A DNA stretch of 64,000 nucleotides, taken from contig OX597817.1 of NCBI GenBank assembly GCA_951406725.2, positions 38,812,001 through 38,876,000 on the forward strand. Reading direction: 5' to 3'. A program made the position numbers and the translations under genes. Positions 27,640 to 64,000 of this stretch are shown here, piece by piece. The notes beneath the pieces are model-generated. The model was given only the letters and a program-made list of their open reading frames with translations. It was not told the DNA's origin and did not search any database. Origin of the DNA: Octopus vulgaris (Eukaryota). Each line of letters begins with the position of its first letter. Positions within the stretch are counted from its first letter, which is position 1.

Positions 27640-28535
27640 CGAGGGTACCCAAAAGTAACCGAAAACGTTCACTGTGGGACAAGCCCGTTGTAGTTCAAGC
27701 TTCCACCGCTAGAATCTACTTGAAGCGACCCTCAGGCATCAGTTTGCCGACCGGCGGCGTCCTATGGAGTCGTTCTGCCACGTATTGCATCTTTGTTTTG
27801 CAGTACTTCACATCTGTTCGTCGATTTTTAAGAAGGCTGAATCGAAGGAACAGCGTGCTTCCGTGCTTCCGTGAAATTTTGTTTTCTACTGGGGAAAACG
27901 ACCGCCAAAACAGTTGTCATGCTTCAAACAGCTTAGAAGGACGCTTCCATGAATGGTCAGCTAACAAGGACGCTTTAGAAATGGTCACTTGCTGCTTGAG
28001 GACCAATCTCGTTCAAGGCAACCGCCGACCTCCTGAATGAATGAAAACATCATGAAAATTCGTGAAGGATCCATCACCGAACAGTTGACAGACTTGTTGA
28101 TATGACTGCTGTGTCCTGGAGCTCCTTCCAAAGAATTTTGAGCGAGGAGTTGCGAATGAAAAGAGTTGCAGCAAAATTTGCGTCTCGTTTACTCACGGAA
28201 GATCAAAAGCAGTCACGATTGAATGCGTGTCGTGAACTGAAAGAACAATTAGAAGTTGATCCGGTTTTTTTTTTTTTTCGAAGGTCATCACTAGTGACGA
28301 AAGCTGGTGCTACGGAATATGCAGATGTGGAAGAGGTGAAGAAAAAAACGACGGAGGCGTTAAAAGGCATCACTTCGTAAAAGTTCCAGCACAGCTTCCA
28401 ACAGAGGAAAAAGCCTTCTGGACCGATGCATTGCTTCAAATGGAGAATACTTTACAGGCGATATAAGCATAAACATGTAAAATTAAGTGAATAAAATAAT
28501 ATTGCAAAATTCCGCTTTCTTTTGGATACTCCTCG
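27640..28535 (+). mobile_element. Internally deleted mariner element
   Basis: ta|CGAGGGTACCCAAAAG ... CTTTTGGATACTCCTCG|ta; RILSEELRMKRVAAKFASRLLTEDQKQSRL, VITSDESWCY. Confidence 0.85.
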
Positions 28536-28667
28536 TATATATTATTTTACTGAAGTCGAAAATACTTCACAAACTGTTACATTAAGTTTTACGTACCCGT
28601 TCATCAGACAACGGTGCGAGTTCGGAACAGTACACACAAATAAACACACACACACACATAAATATTC

Positions 28668-28871
28668 TTTTATTCACTTACTTGTTTCTGTCATTAGATG
28701 GCGGACATGCTGGAGCAGCACCTTGAAGATTTTAGTCAAAAAATCGACCCCTATTACATTTTTGTAGGTCTAGTACTTATCTAGCACTTTTTTTACGAAC
28801 CGCTAAGTTACCGGGACGTAAACAAAGCAACACCTATTGTCAAGCGGTGATGAAGACAAACGTGCGCACAC

Positions 28872-28935
<64 letters not shown>

Positions 28936-29041
28936 ACACACACACAAACATATATGACGGGCTTTCTCAATTTCCGTCTACTAAATCCACTTACAAGGCT
29001 TTGACTGGCCCGGGGCTATAGTAGAAGACACTTGCCCAAGG
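28668..29041 (-). mobile_element. CORE-like SINE, 5'-truncated at a (GATA)n tract
   Basis: Family similarity up to gacacttgcccaagg. Confidence 0.8.
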
Positions 29042-29255
<214 letters not shown>

Positions 29256-29639
29256 AGCATACAATGCATACATGCATACACACAAACACACACACACATA
29301 CACATGTGTCTGAAAGTGTCTTGTAAGATTTGTGTGTATGTGTGTGTATGCAGTGTACGTAAATACCATATGATGCGAATGTCGTTGATGACCTTTCGAT
29401 TGGCCAGATAGCTACTTTGAAGTCTTTCCAATCCTCTCACACCTAAACAGAAGACCAGTTAATCCCACAACCAGTTCTTTTGTCATATTTAACTTTGACT
29501 CTCTCACATGCCATCAACAGTGCTAGTATTCGAAGCACACGCACACCAGTACACCGTGGTAGACGTAAACTACGTGCGAGAGGTGACCTCAAACACTGAA
29601 ATTAATTTGAGTAGTCCTTTGCATATAGACACATAGTGA

Positions 29640-29802
29640 CTCAAATACGCATGCACACACACACACACACACACATGCACGCACACATACGCACACGCAC
29701 GTACTCACACGCATGCACATGAATACATACATATATAGATATCTACATATACATAGAGAAATGCATATATATATACTGTATGTACATATTTATATACATA
29801 TA

Positions 29803-29877
<75 letters not shown>

Positions 29878-29925
29878 GTATATATATATACTGTATATAC
29901 ATATTTATATACATATATATACATA

Positions 29926-29962
<37 letters not shown>

Positions 29963-30112
29963 GTATATATATATACTGTATATACATATTTATATACATA
30001 TATATACATATATATACATAAATATACACACATATATACACACACATCACACATACATGCAATTCGCACTTATATTTACATATACATACACACACATATA
30101 CACTCGTGTGTA

Positions 30113-30149
<37 letters not shown>

Positions 30150-30395
30150 TTGTGCGTGTGCGTATGTGTGTGTGCGCGCGGGTGCGAATCTGTGTATGTG
30201 GGTATGTGTATGTATGTATGTGTGTATGTATGTATATGTGTATATGTGTATGTGTATGTGTATGTATATGTATATATGTATATGTATATGTGTATGTGTA
30301 TATGTGTATGTATATGTGTATGTGTGTGTGTATGTGCGTGTGTGTATGTGTGTGTGTATGTGTGTTTGTGTGTGCGTGTGTGTGTGTGTGTGTAC
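29640..30395. repeat. Compound (CA)/(TA)/(TG) microsatellite with higher-order repeats
   Basis: Three copies of tatatactgtat.tacatatttatatacata among dinucleotide tracts. Confidence 0.9.
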
Positions 30396-31412
30396 GGTTT
30401 TCAACATTTCTATTTTACCAAAGACCATCTTGACCTTCTTTTGTACGGAATTACCCGTTCTCCAGTCAAGATATTTATCAAGAAGCCGCCACCAATATCA
30501 AACGAAACGGTCGACCTGGAAGAGGGGAAGAGAGAGAGAGACAGACAGACGGACAGAGAGAGAGAGGGAGAGAGAGAGAGAAAGAGAGAGAGAGAGATGC
30601 TACTTTTTATCTTTACATAAACCCTATCTCTGAATTTATTATTTTGAAGTCTTTTTAATGTTCAGTTTTAATTCTGCTAAATCGGTGACAGACACAGCAC
30701 GAGGCTGATTGAATTCTCAAGGGAGTCAAAACCGAAGTGATATCAAACAACATCATAGAACAGAGGCAAACACGCGAAAGGTGAACTTTCAGAAATACTC
30801 CAATTTTAAAATTCAATATTTAATCATTTTCAGGAAAAATTGTTATGAATAATTCTAAATTCTTGTCTCTTCTCTTAATTTTTTTTTTCTCTTTGTTTCT
30901 CTTCTGAAATTACAATTTCGTTTTTAAATAATCTGGATTTGTCACAAAAAATATTTCAAGATTACTACATAGATATACAACTCTCTTATCGCTATTGATT
31001 TCAAATATTGTTCCAAATTCAGCATATATTTATATTTTGATATTTTATTTTGTTCCCGTGTCAGTATGATTATTCTGTTCAGTATTTTTTTGTAATTATT
31101 TTCCCATAAACTAAGGTTAAGTAAGGAAATTTTTATCGTTTTATTGAACGTCTTGCAAATATAAAACGATAGAGTTTATTGATAGAATTCACATATAATT
31201 AGTGTTTCATTGATAAAATGAATTTATTGTTGTTGCTGTTGTTGCAATCAGTTTCGTATTATAGAATAATTTTAGATAAAATATTAAAGGTGTAATATTA
31301 AATATTAGATAAAATATTAAAATATTAAAGGTGTAGAATATTAAACCTTAAGACATCATAGTGTAATTTGAGTGATAAAGTGCAGTTTAGGTATAATGCA
31401 AAATATAGATGT

Positions 31413-31827
31413 GCAAGGAGTGGCTGTGTGGTAAGTAGCTTGCTAACCAACCACATGGTTCCGGGTTCAGTCCCACTGCGTGGCATCTTCGGCAAGTGTC
31501 TTCTGCTATAGCCCCGGGCCGACCAATGCCTTGTGAGTGGATTTGGTAGACGGAAACTGAAAGAAGCCTGTCGTATATATGTATATGTATATATGTGTAT
31601 ATATATGTATGTGTGTGTTTGTGTGTCTGTGTTTGTCCCCCTAGCATTGCTTGACAACCGATGCTGGTGTGTTTACGTCTCCGTCACTTAGCGGTTCGGC
31701 AAAAGAGACCGATAGAATAAGTACTGGGCTTACAAAGAATAAGTCCCGGGGTCGATTTTGCTCGACTAAAGGCGGTGCTCCAGCATGGCCGCAGTCAAAT
31801 GACTGAAACAAGTAAAAGAGTAAAGAG
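31413..31827 (+). mobile_element. tRNA-derived CORE-like SINE with 14-bp TSD
   Basis: tggctgtgtgg / ggttcagtccc boxes, ggcaagt core, internal (TA)/(TG) tract, (AAAGAGT)-like tail; TSD tatagatgtgcaag at 31404-17 and 31828-41. Confidence 0.88.
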
Positions 31828-32114
31828 TATAGATGTGCAAGTGTTATGTATTGTGTTCAAGCTTCATAATATGTCAAAGAATTATTTAGTATGTTGTAAG
31901 ATTTTAATTTAGAGAAGCATAACATAGAGGATTATAGCAATATAAAAGTCTACCGTGGAGCGGTTTGTGCAGAGTAATTGTATAAAAAATATTGTATGAT
32001 GTAATGTTTAAAACTATTCTAATGTTTTATTGCTTCAAGTTAATGCAAGTCCTCCTTTATATTTAAGGTAGGATATGATTTGGGGAAGATATGTTTCTAT
32101 TTCTATTTTTTTAA

Positions 32115-32313
32115 ACTCTTTTTACTTGTTTCAGCTGACTGTGGCCATGCTGGAGCACCGCCTTTAGTCGAGCAAATTGACCCCCAAGGATTTATTCTTT
32201 GTAAGCCTAGTACTTAATCTATCGGTCTCTTTTGCCGAACCGCTAAGTTACGGGGACGTAAACACGCCAGCATTCGGTTGTCAAGCGATGTTGGCTGGAC
32301 AAACACAGACACA

Positions 32314-32391
<78 letters not shown>

Positions 32392-32545
32392 CATATATAC
32401 GACGGGCTTCTTTCAGTTTCCGTCTACCAAATCTACTCAAGGCTTTGGTCGGTCCGTGGCTATAGTAGAAGACACTTGCCCAAGGTGCCACGCAGTGGGA
32501 CTGAACCCGGGACCATGTGGTTGGTAAGCAAGCTACTTACTACAC
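32115..32545 (-). mobile_element. CORE-like SINE
   Basis: Full-length reverse copy with an expanded (CA)n tract. Confidence 0.88.
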
Positions 32546-33244
32546 AGGCACTCCTGCGCCTGTTTATTGTTTTTTTTTGTATTGTTTTGTTTTGTTTTTT
32601 AGGTGCTGCATCTACATTTAGTTGCACAGTAATAAAAGTAACGAGAAGTTATGAGACAATCATTGTAAATTCGAAAGCAAGCTTCAGGCAAGCCGAGTCC
32701 TAAACTGAGTTACACTCACCAACTGTGGCCATTTTATTCTTTAGAACAATCTTTATAAAATGTAAGATCATCACACAATCTTATTTACTCTTTTCTATGA
32801 ATATGTTGTGCTTATGTAAGAAATCAATGTTATAAACCTAACAGTGAGAGTCCTAAGAAGAAATATAATCTCTCGGCAAGTCGATTGTACGATTTTAGAT
32901 TTCGGCTTCAAATTTTTTATCATTTAATTCTCTGCTGATTTAATTTTATTTATATGACTTATCGGTTTATTATAAGAGTAGGGAAAAAGTTAACAATGAA
33001 AAATTGATCTTTCTTACATTTCTATATAACGTAACTTTTTCAAATGTAAATAATTGTACAACAATCACCACCAAATATTTTATTTGCTTACTTTTAATTG
33101 TAAAGGGTTTAGTATTTGAAACATAGCAATAGGCGTTATTATAAGGATAAAAATGATAGCAAAATTAACAGAAAACACCTAAATAAATATTTTTTCCTTT
33201 TTACTAAATAGGTTTTAAAATCAGACAAGGAAGGATGAGGTATA

Positions 33245-33697
33245 GTAGAGACTTCAAACTTGAAATATTCAAAGCCACAGTCGAACCAATTCTACTATAA
33301 GGCTCAGAAACCTGGACGTTATCAAAGAAGCTTGAGAGGCGGTTGGATGGAACCTACACTCGCCTCCTTATGAGAGCTCAAAATCTCTCGTGGAAGCGCC
33401 ATCCAACCAAAATGCAAATATATGGGAAATTACCACCTGTGTCATCTCTTGTGAAAGGTAGGAGAGTCCAGTTTGCTGGACATTGTTGTAGAGCTGAAAA
33501 AGAAGTAATTTCTACTCTTCTCCTCTGGAAGCCATCTACTCGCAATACCAGAGGGCGCACACTCTCCTACCCTGATGTAATCTCCAGGGATACAGGCATC
33601 CAGCAACAGGACCTCCGTAATGCCATGATGGACCGTGAAGTCTGGCGTAAATTCCATTGTCTCGACCACGGTCGAACAATGATGATGATGATAATGA
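33245..33697 (+). mobile_element. RTE-clade LINE 3' fragment
   Basis: IFKATVEPILL*GSETWTLSKKLERRLDGTYTRLLMRAQNLSW...RRVQFAGHC...MMDREVWR, then (GAT)n tail. Confidence 0.88.
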
Positions 33698-34202
33698 TAT
33701 TCATGTATTTTTCCCTTCTCTTATAATAAACCGATAAAAGTCATATAAATAAAATTAAAAATACCTGTTGTTATGGGTAGAAATTGAGGTTGCACAAAGT
33801 CTTGGTGACTGTTGCTGATTTGTCGACCAAAAGATCGGCAGTTCACATCTTTTACATCGATGTTGTTTTGTATCTTAATACGTATATCTTTAAGAAAATT
33901 TACTTAAGAACAAAGTCTCAAGTTTAGAGGAGAGTTGTTGTCATTTAAATCAATCCCAGGACTTAACTGGTACTTATTTTACCGAAGGACGAAAAAGAAA
34001 GTTGACTCTGGCGGGTTTTGAATTCAGAATATAACTGTTTCTACAAATTCGCCGCCATTTTGTCTGACACATTACTAATTCCAAAATGCTTTGTCTTCGT
34101 TTATAAAACTAATAAGAAGTTTCGTGCAATTTAGAAAAAAAAGCGGGTATTTTGGAGATGAAGTTTGATCTCGTTGCACTTTCCTTTGTCTTTCAGTAAA
34201 CA

Positions 34203-59916
<25,714 letters not shown>

Positions 59917-60947
59917 TAATCGTCCCTTTTTACAGAAATTCCACATGATTTTCTAACAGACGTGTGTGTGTGTGTGTGTGTGTGTATGTCCGAGTACAGA
60001 GGGGTGCTAGTATGTATATAAATATTGTGCTGTGTCACAAAGAGGATGCGACGCCGGATATTTGAATGTATTGAACATTATATATATAGACAGCATTATT
60101 TCCTTACATTTAAAGGTTTCACGTGGTCGACTTCGCAGAAAACCACACTCATCAATGAGTCTAAAATAAACTGATAGTTAGGATATTTAAAAGTACTGGG
60201 CGCTGTTGGTTGCTCATATGCTCATTGATGTTGAGTCCTTTTAGTCATGCATCATCAAATGCTTTGAAATTAATCAGAAAATTTGGAAAAACTTTGAGAG
60301 GAAAAAGTATGATATCCTTGATTTTAATAAATATATATAAACTTTACAATGTATTTTGAGTTCTTATTTTTGCGTTAGGTCACTTTTAACTATATGCTTT
60401 TGACAATTTGATGTATTGCTGCCTGGCTCTGGATCTTCATATGCCTGGTGAGGCGTTGCCCAATGTAGCCCCATTGTATATGACGTAGAAAATACCCCAG
60501 GACGGTACCGCATACCACCAGGTTTAATGCCGTCTCTTGATCGATGTGTGCCTTTAGCGGAGATTACTCTGCTACGAATATTTGGACTAGATTCTTAGTA
60601 CTTTGATCAGCTGAATGGTCAGATCTCCACCAGTTCTGGGCTAGCTTTCCTTGTTGACATATATTTCACCTGTGACCCAGCAGAGATATCCAGGTGAGTG
60701 ACGGAAACTATCCCCTTATGCATGTTCCTGTACATCATACCTACAACCAATCATTTAGAAGTTTCTGCATTCCTCCATTTTAATGTTTATTCATTAGTTT
60801 TGCAGAAACAGTCGTGATACCAAACTAATAATGTGTTCCTATTGTGGAAGGAAATGAACTGTTTATATCCAACTTAGTTCCGCTGCAGTTAAAAAAAAAG
60901 GCATGGAAGTAGAGGAGTAACGATTTACTTTACACAATGTGACATTA

Positions 60948-61510
60948 ATGAATACGTTTTTGGCCAACTACATATAGCGTTTAAAAGAAGGGACCCCACT
61001 CGGGATTAAATGGAAGTTCCTGGAACAGTCTGGACCATACCTCAACGAAAGCAGACAATGCAAACTTTGCTTGACCGAGGTGGCAAGGATCCTAAAATAT
61101 TTGCATGACAAATTCCAAAATATTTGCTTTTCAAATTCTAAAAGTGAAATATTTAGTCGGTGCCCTTATGAGAGAAAATTCCTTTTAAAAACGTGGAATT
61201 TCCCGCTTGCTGACAACTGAACGGAAATCGTGCATAAACTGAGCCCTTTCTGACGCAACTCGAACCGGTCAAAGGGAAATAGCTCAATCTCGCCCAGTAG
61301 GGGTTTTCGCTTCGAACAATTTCGATTCAGATTATTTTTATTTCACAAATCTGGCTGACCAAAACTGTATTCTTACTTCCATTAGTAAAAAGGTTATTTG
61401 CTTTCAGCCAGCAGGTCTGACGAGTCGCCTATATTGATAAGAGCATAATAGGCGTGAAACCAATGGTAACTATCTGGCCGGCAATAACTAACAACTACAT
61501 AAAATATTAC
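60948..61510 (+). mobile_element. Penelope-like element 3' remnant (GIY-YIG C-terminus + pLTR)
   Basis: TFLANYI*RLKEG..IKWKFL..SGPY....QCKLCLTE...NSKSEIFSRCPYERKFLL, followed by a hammerhead motif. Confidence 0.78.
61407..61478 (+). ncRNA. Type I hammerhead ribozyme motif
   Basis: CTGACGA 61417-23; stem II CGCCTAT/ATAGGCG; GAAA 61456-59; stem III ACC-AAT-GGT; GTA triplet; stem I GCCAG..GGT/ACT..CTGGC. Confidence 0.7.
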
Positions 61511-61760
61511 TGCTCAAAAGAAATTTTTTGAGAGTACTTTTTTCGGACTTACGAACAACTAACCAATTAGACAGACCGACCGACAGACAAACAGACAGAT
61601 AGATAGTGTCGGAATAAAAGTCGGAATGGTGATGACTGGTACTTCTCTGATCGTAGGATTGGGGGATCAGGGCTAACCTAGGATTAAACAGCCCTTACTA
61701 CTACTACTACTACTACTACTACTACCACTACCACTACTACTGCAGCTGCTGCTGCTGCTG

Positions 61761-61833
<73 letters not shown>

Positions 61834-61992
61834 CTCTACAATAATAGCAACAAAAACAACTGCAACATCATTAATTAGGTAAACCAGTCATTTTTATATA
61901 TTCTGTTACCTAACGCAGACTGTTGAACCTATCGAATGAAACTCAAAACATACGTGCTTAAATAACACACACTCGCTATTTCTGCACACGCA

Positions 61993-62031
<39 letters not shown>

Positions 62032-62291
62032 GAACATACGGCCAGTCCATATATATATACGTACGTGTGTTTATTGTGTGTATATATGAATTCATGTATA
62101 CACACAGACACACATATATGTACATATATATACATACATACATACATATATACGCGCGCGTGCGAACTCACACACACACACACTCACACACACACACATT
62201 GTAGCCACATTATCATTATTTGCTTTTCTGATGAAAGGTACCGCTCCAAAATGGGAATTTTCTTTTCGTCACGGCACTTCAACATTGACAG

Positions 62292-62361
<70 letters not shown>

Positions 62362-62534
62362 CAAGAATTTGGCACATCATTAGGTCTACATATATCACAA
62401 ACCTTTTCGCCAGATTCATCTAAGACAGTGTCCAATCGATTGCGGTGCTTCTAAGCCTATAAGCATAACACAGAGGACGGAGTATATATATGTAGGCACA
62501 GTCACACACTCAGGTTTATTTCTAATAACGAACC

Positions 62535-62710
62535 ATGAAGAGTTCCTACCGTCTCTACTCAGTGTTAACACTTGTTGTATCCACACTTTGTCTTGGACTT
62601 GGGGTGATTATCGGTTATTTCCTCCAGATAACTACGGATCCTTTGCTGCTGGCCAAGGATCAGCATGCCTGTGATGTTGGTTACGGAAGCTATTTACCAG
62701 AGGTTCAAAG
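62535..62710 (+). CDS. First coding exon of a probable tandem paralog of the CBM9-like gene (continues beyond the window)
   Basis: MKSSYRLYSVLTLVVSTLCLGLGVIIGYFLQITTDPLLLAKDQHACDVGYGSYLPEVQ with consensus donor AAG|GTAAGT in phase 2. TLCLGLGVIIGYFL aligns with VLCVGSGVLLGYYL of exon 34203-34453. Confidence 0.72.
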
Positions 62711-63249
62711 GTAAGTGTTGTTACTACTTCAAACCAATCTCCATAATCATTTTCTTATGTTGCTGTAGTACGGCCTCCGGTCAGCTCTGATCGAACAGAG
62801 TGGTAGCAGGTACGCATGTGAATCGCCTGAACAACAAAACGTTTGACTGCTATTTCTAACAGGTAGAATGGCCTCCAAGGTGTTGTCCCATCGTTGACTT
62901 GGATTAGCATAATTGGTTCATAAGAGAATTAAATTTTAAATCGTGAAGAAAATGTTAACTTTTCGGACATTTGTCCTTCTTCGGAGAGAAAGATAAAATA
63001 GATGTCTTATCACTAGGCCGCAAAATTAGACTTTGATATAATCACTCCGTGTTGATACACTCGTTTCTTAAATACTGTAAAAGTTCCATTACACGATGAG
63101 TAGCGTCGTAAAACAATTTGCACTCCACAAAATCTTTTATATTGCAAAAATTTGTTTTTTGCTTTCAGTTATTTTTATTTATTCTTTCATGTGTGTGTAT
63201 GTGTGTGTACATATGTATGAGTGTGTTTGTATGTATATGTATATATTAT

Positions 63250-63470
63250 GATTCAATATGTGACCGCGTGTGTATCATTGGCGATTTTTCCCCCGTCTTC
63301 CCTTCCTTGGATCTTTCCTTTTCCTATGTTTCTGACGAAGAGCTCCGCTCGTAACGTTAAATCCTCCCTCTTTCTTTCCTTTCCTGAGCGTCCAATAACA
63401 TTATACTTGTTCCAGGTCCTCGCGTTGTTGTGTTTTCTCATTGTGTTTTCATGTTTGGATTAACTATATA
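63250..63470 (+). mobile_element. Penelope-type pLTR repeat with a mutated minimal hammerhead
   Basis: gtttCTGACGAa-GAGC-tcc-GCTC-GtAACGTT-aaat (GAAA changed to GTAA). Confidence 0.6.
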
Positions 63471-63657
63471 TTTATGTATATATACATATGTATAGGCATT
63501 ATATATATATTTGTATGTATGTATGTATGTATGTATGTATGTATGTATGTATGTTTTGACTGCTATTTTCAGCGTGGTGGTATCTCTCAGATGCCCTAAA
63601 TTATAGTTTTAAATAATTATTACCATTGAAAGGTTTTTTTTCCCATGCTGGCCACTT

Positions 63658-63689
63658 GATAAGATCGATATTTAAATATCGATCTTATC
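63658..63689. repeat. Perfect 32-bp palindrome
   Basis: gataagatcgatatttaaatatcgatcttatc. Confidence 0.95.
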
Positions 63690-63716
63690 CTTATTTATAT
63701 AAATTTATATATATAT

Positions 63717-64000
63717 AGGCGCAGGAGTGGCTGTGTGGTAAGTAGCTTGCTTACCAACCACATGGTTCTGGGTTCAGTCCCACTGCGTGGCACCTTGGGC
63801 AAGTGTCTTCTACTATAGCCTCGGGCCGACCAAAGCCTTATGAGTGGATTTGGTAGACGGAAACTGAAAGAAGCCCGTCGTATATATGTATATATATATA
63901 TGCGTGTGTGTGTTTGTGTGTCTGTGTTTGTCCCCCTAGCATTGCTTGACAACCAATGCTGGTGTGTTTAAGACCCGTTACTTAGCGGTTCGGCAAAAGC
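63717..64000 (+). mobile_element. CORE-like SINE, runs off the window end
   Basis: ggcgcaggagtggctgtgtggtaag...accttgggcaagt. Confidence 0.88.

Noticed and set aside
31325-31657. Recurring ORFs like ...[38 protein letters not shown] (also 21904, 32278, 63695)
   Set aside because: Antisense translations of the CORE-like SINE, not a protein family
60165-60331. AATAAA hexamers as the poly(A) signal of the CBM9-like gene
   Set aside because: Common by chance in AT-rich DNA; cannot choose between them without 3'-end data

Overview
AT-rich, microsatellite-dense eukaryotic genomic DNA. The SINE and repeat content looks like an octopod cephalopod (inference). The ORF track is mostly simple-repeat artefacts; the real genes are spliced and were reconstructed by hand. 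(1) A 5-exon minus-strand gene (17970->6103, 291 aa) encodes a secreted protein with a signal peptide, a PAN/Apple-like Cys motif and an unnamed ~180-aa domain. (2) A 12-exon plus-strand gene (34203->59916, 434 aa) encodes a type II membrane protein with a bacterial-type CBM9-like (DOMON-like) domain; it has a probable GC-AG first intron, a 23-nt microexon and an acceptor preceded by A14. (3) The first coding exon of a probable tandem paralog of gene 2 lies at 62535-62710. The rest is transposon-derived: head-to-tail chains of R4/Dong-type retroelement fragments inside (AAT)n tracts together with a defined-length non-coding passenger element; CR1 and RTE fragments; Penelope-like remnants with hammerhead-ribozyme motifs; three tRNA-SINE families; mariner derivatives; two non-autonomous Helitrons; a Chapaev-like remnant; and several foldback/palindromic elements. 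No database searches were run, so family names rest on motif recognition.
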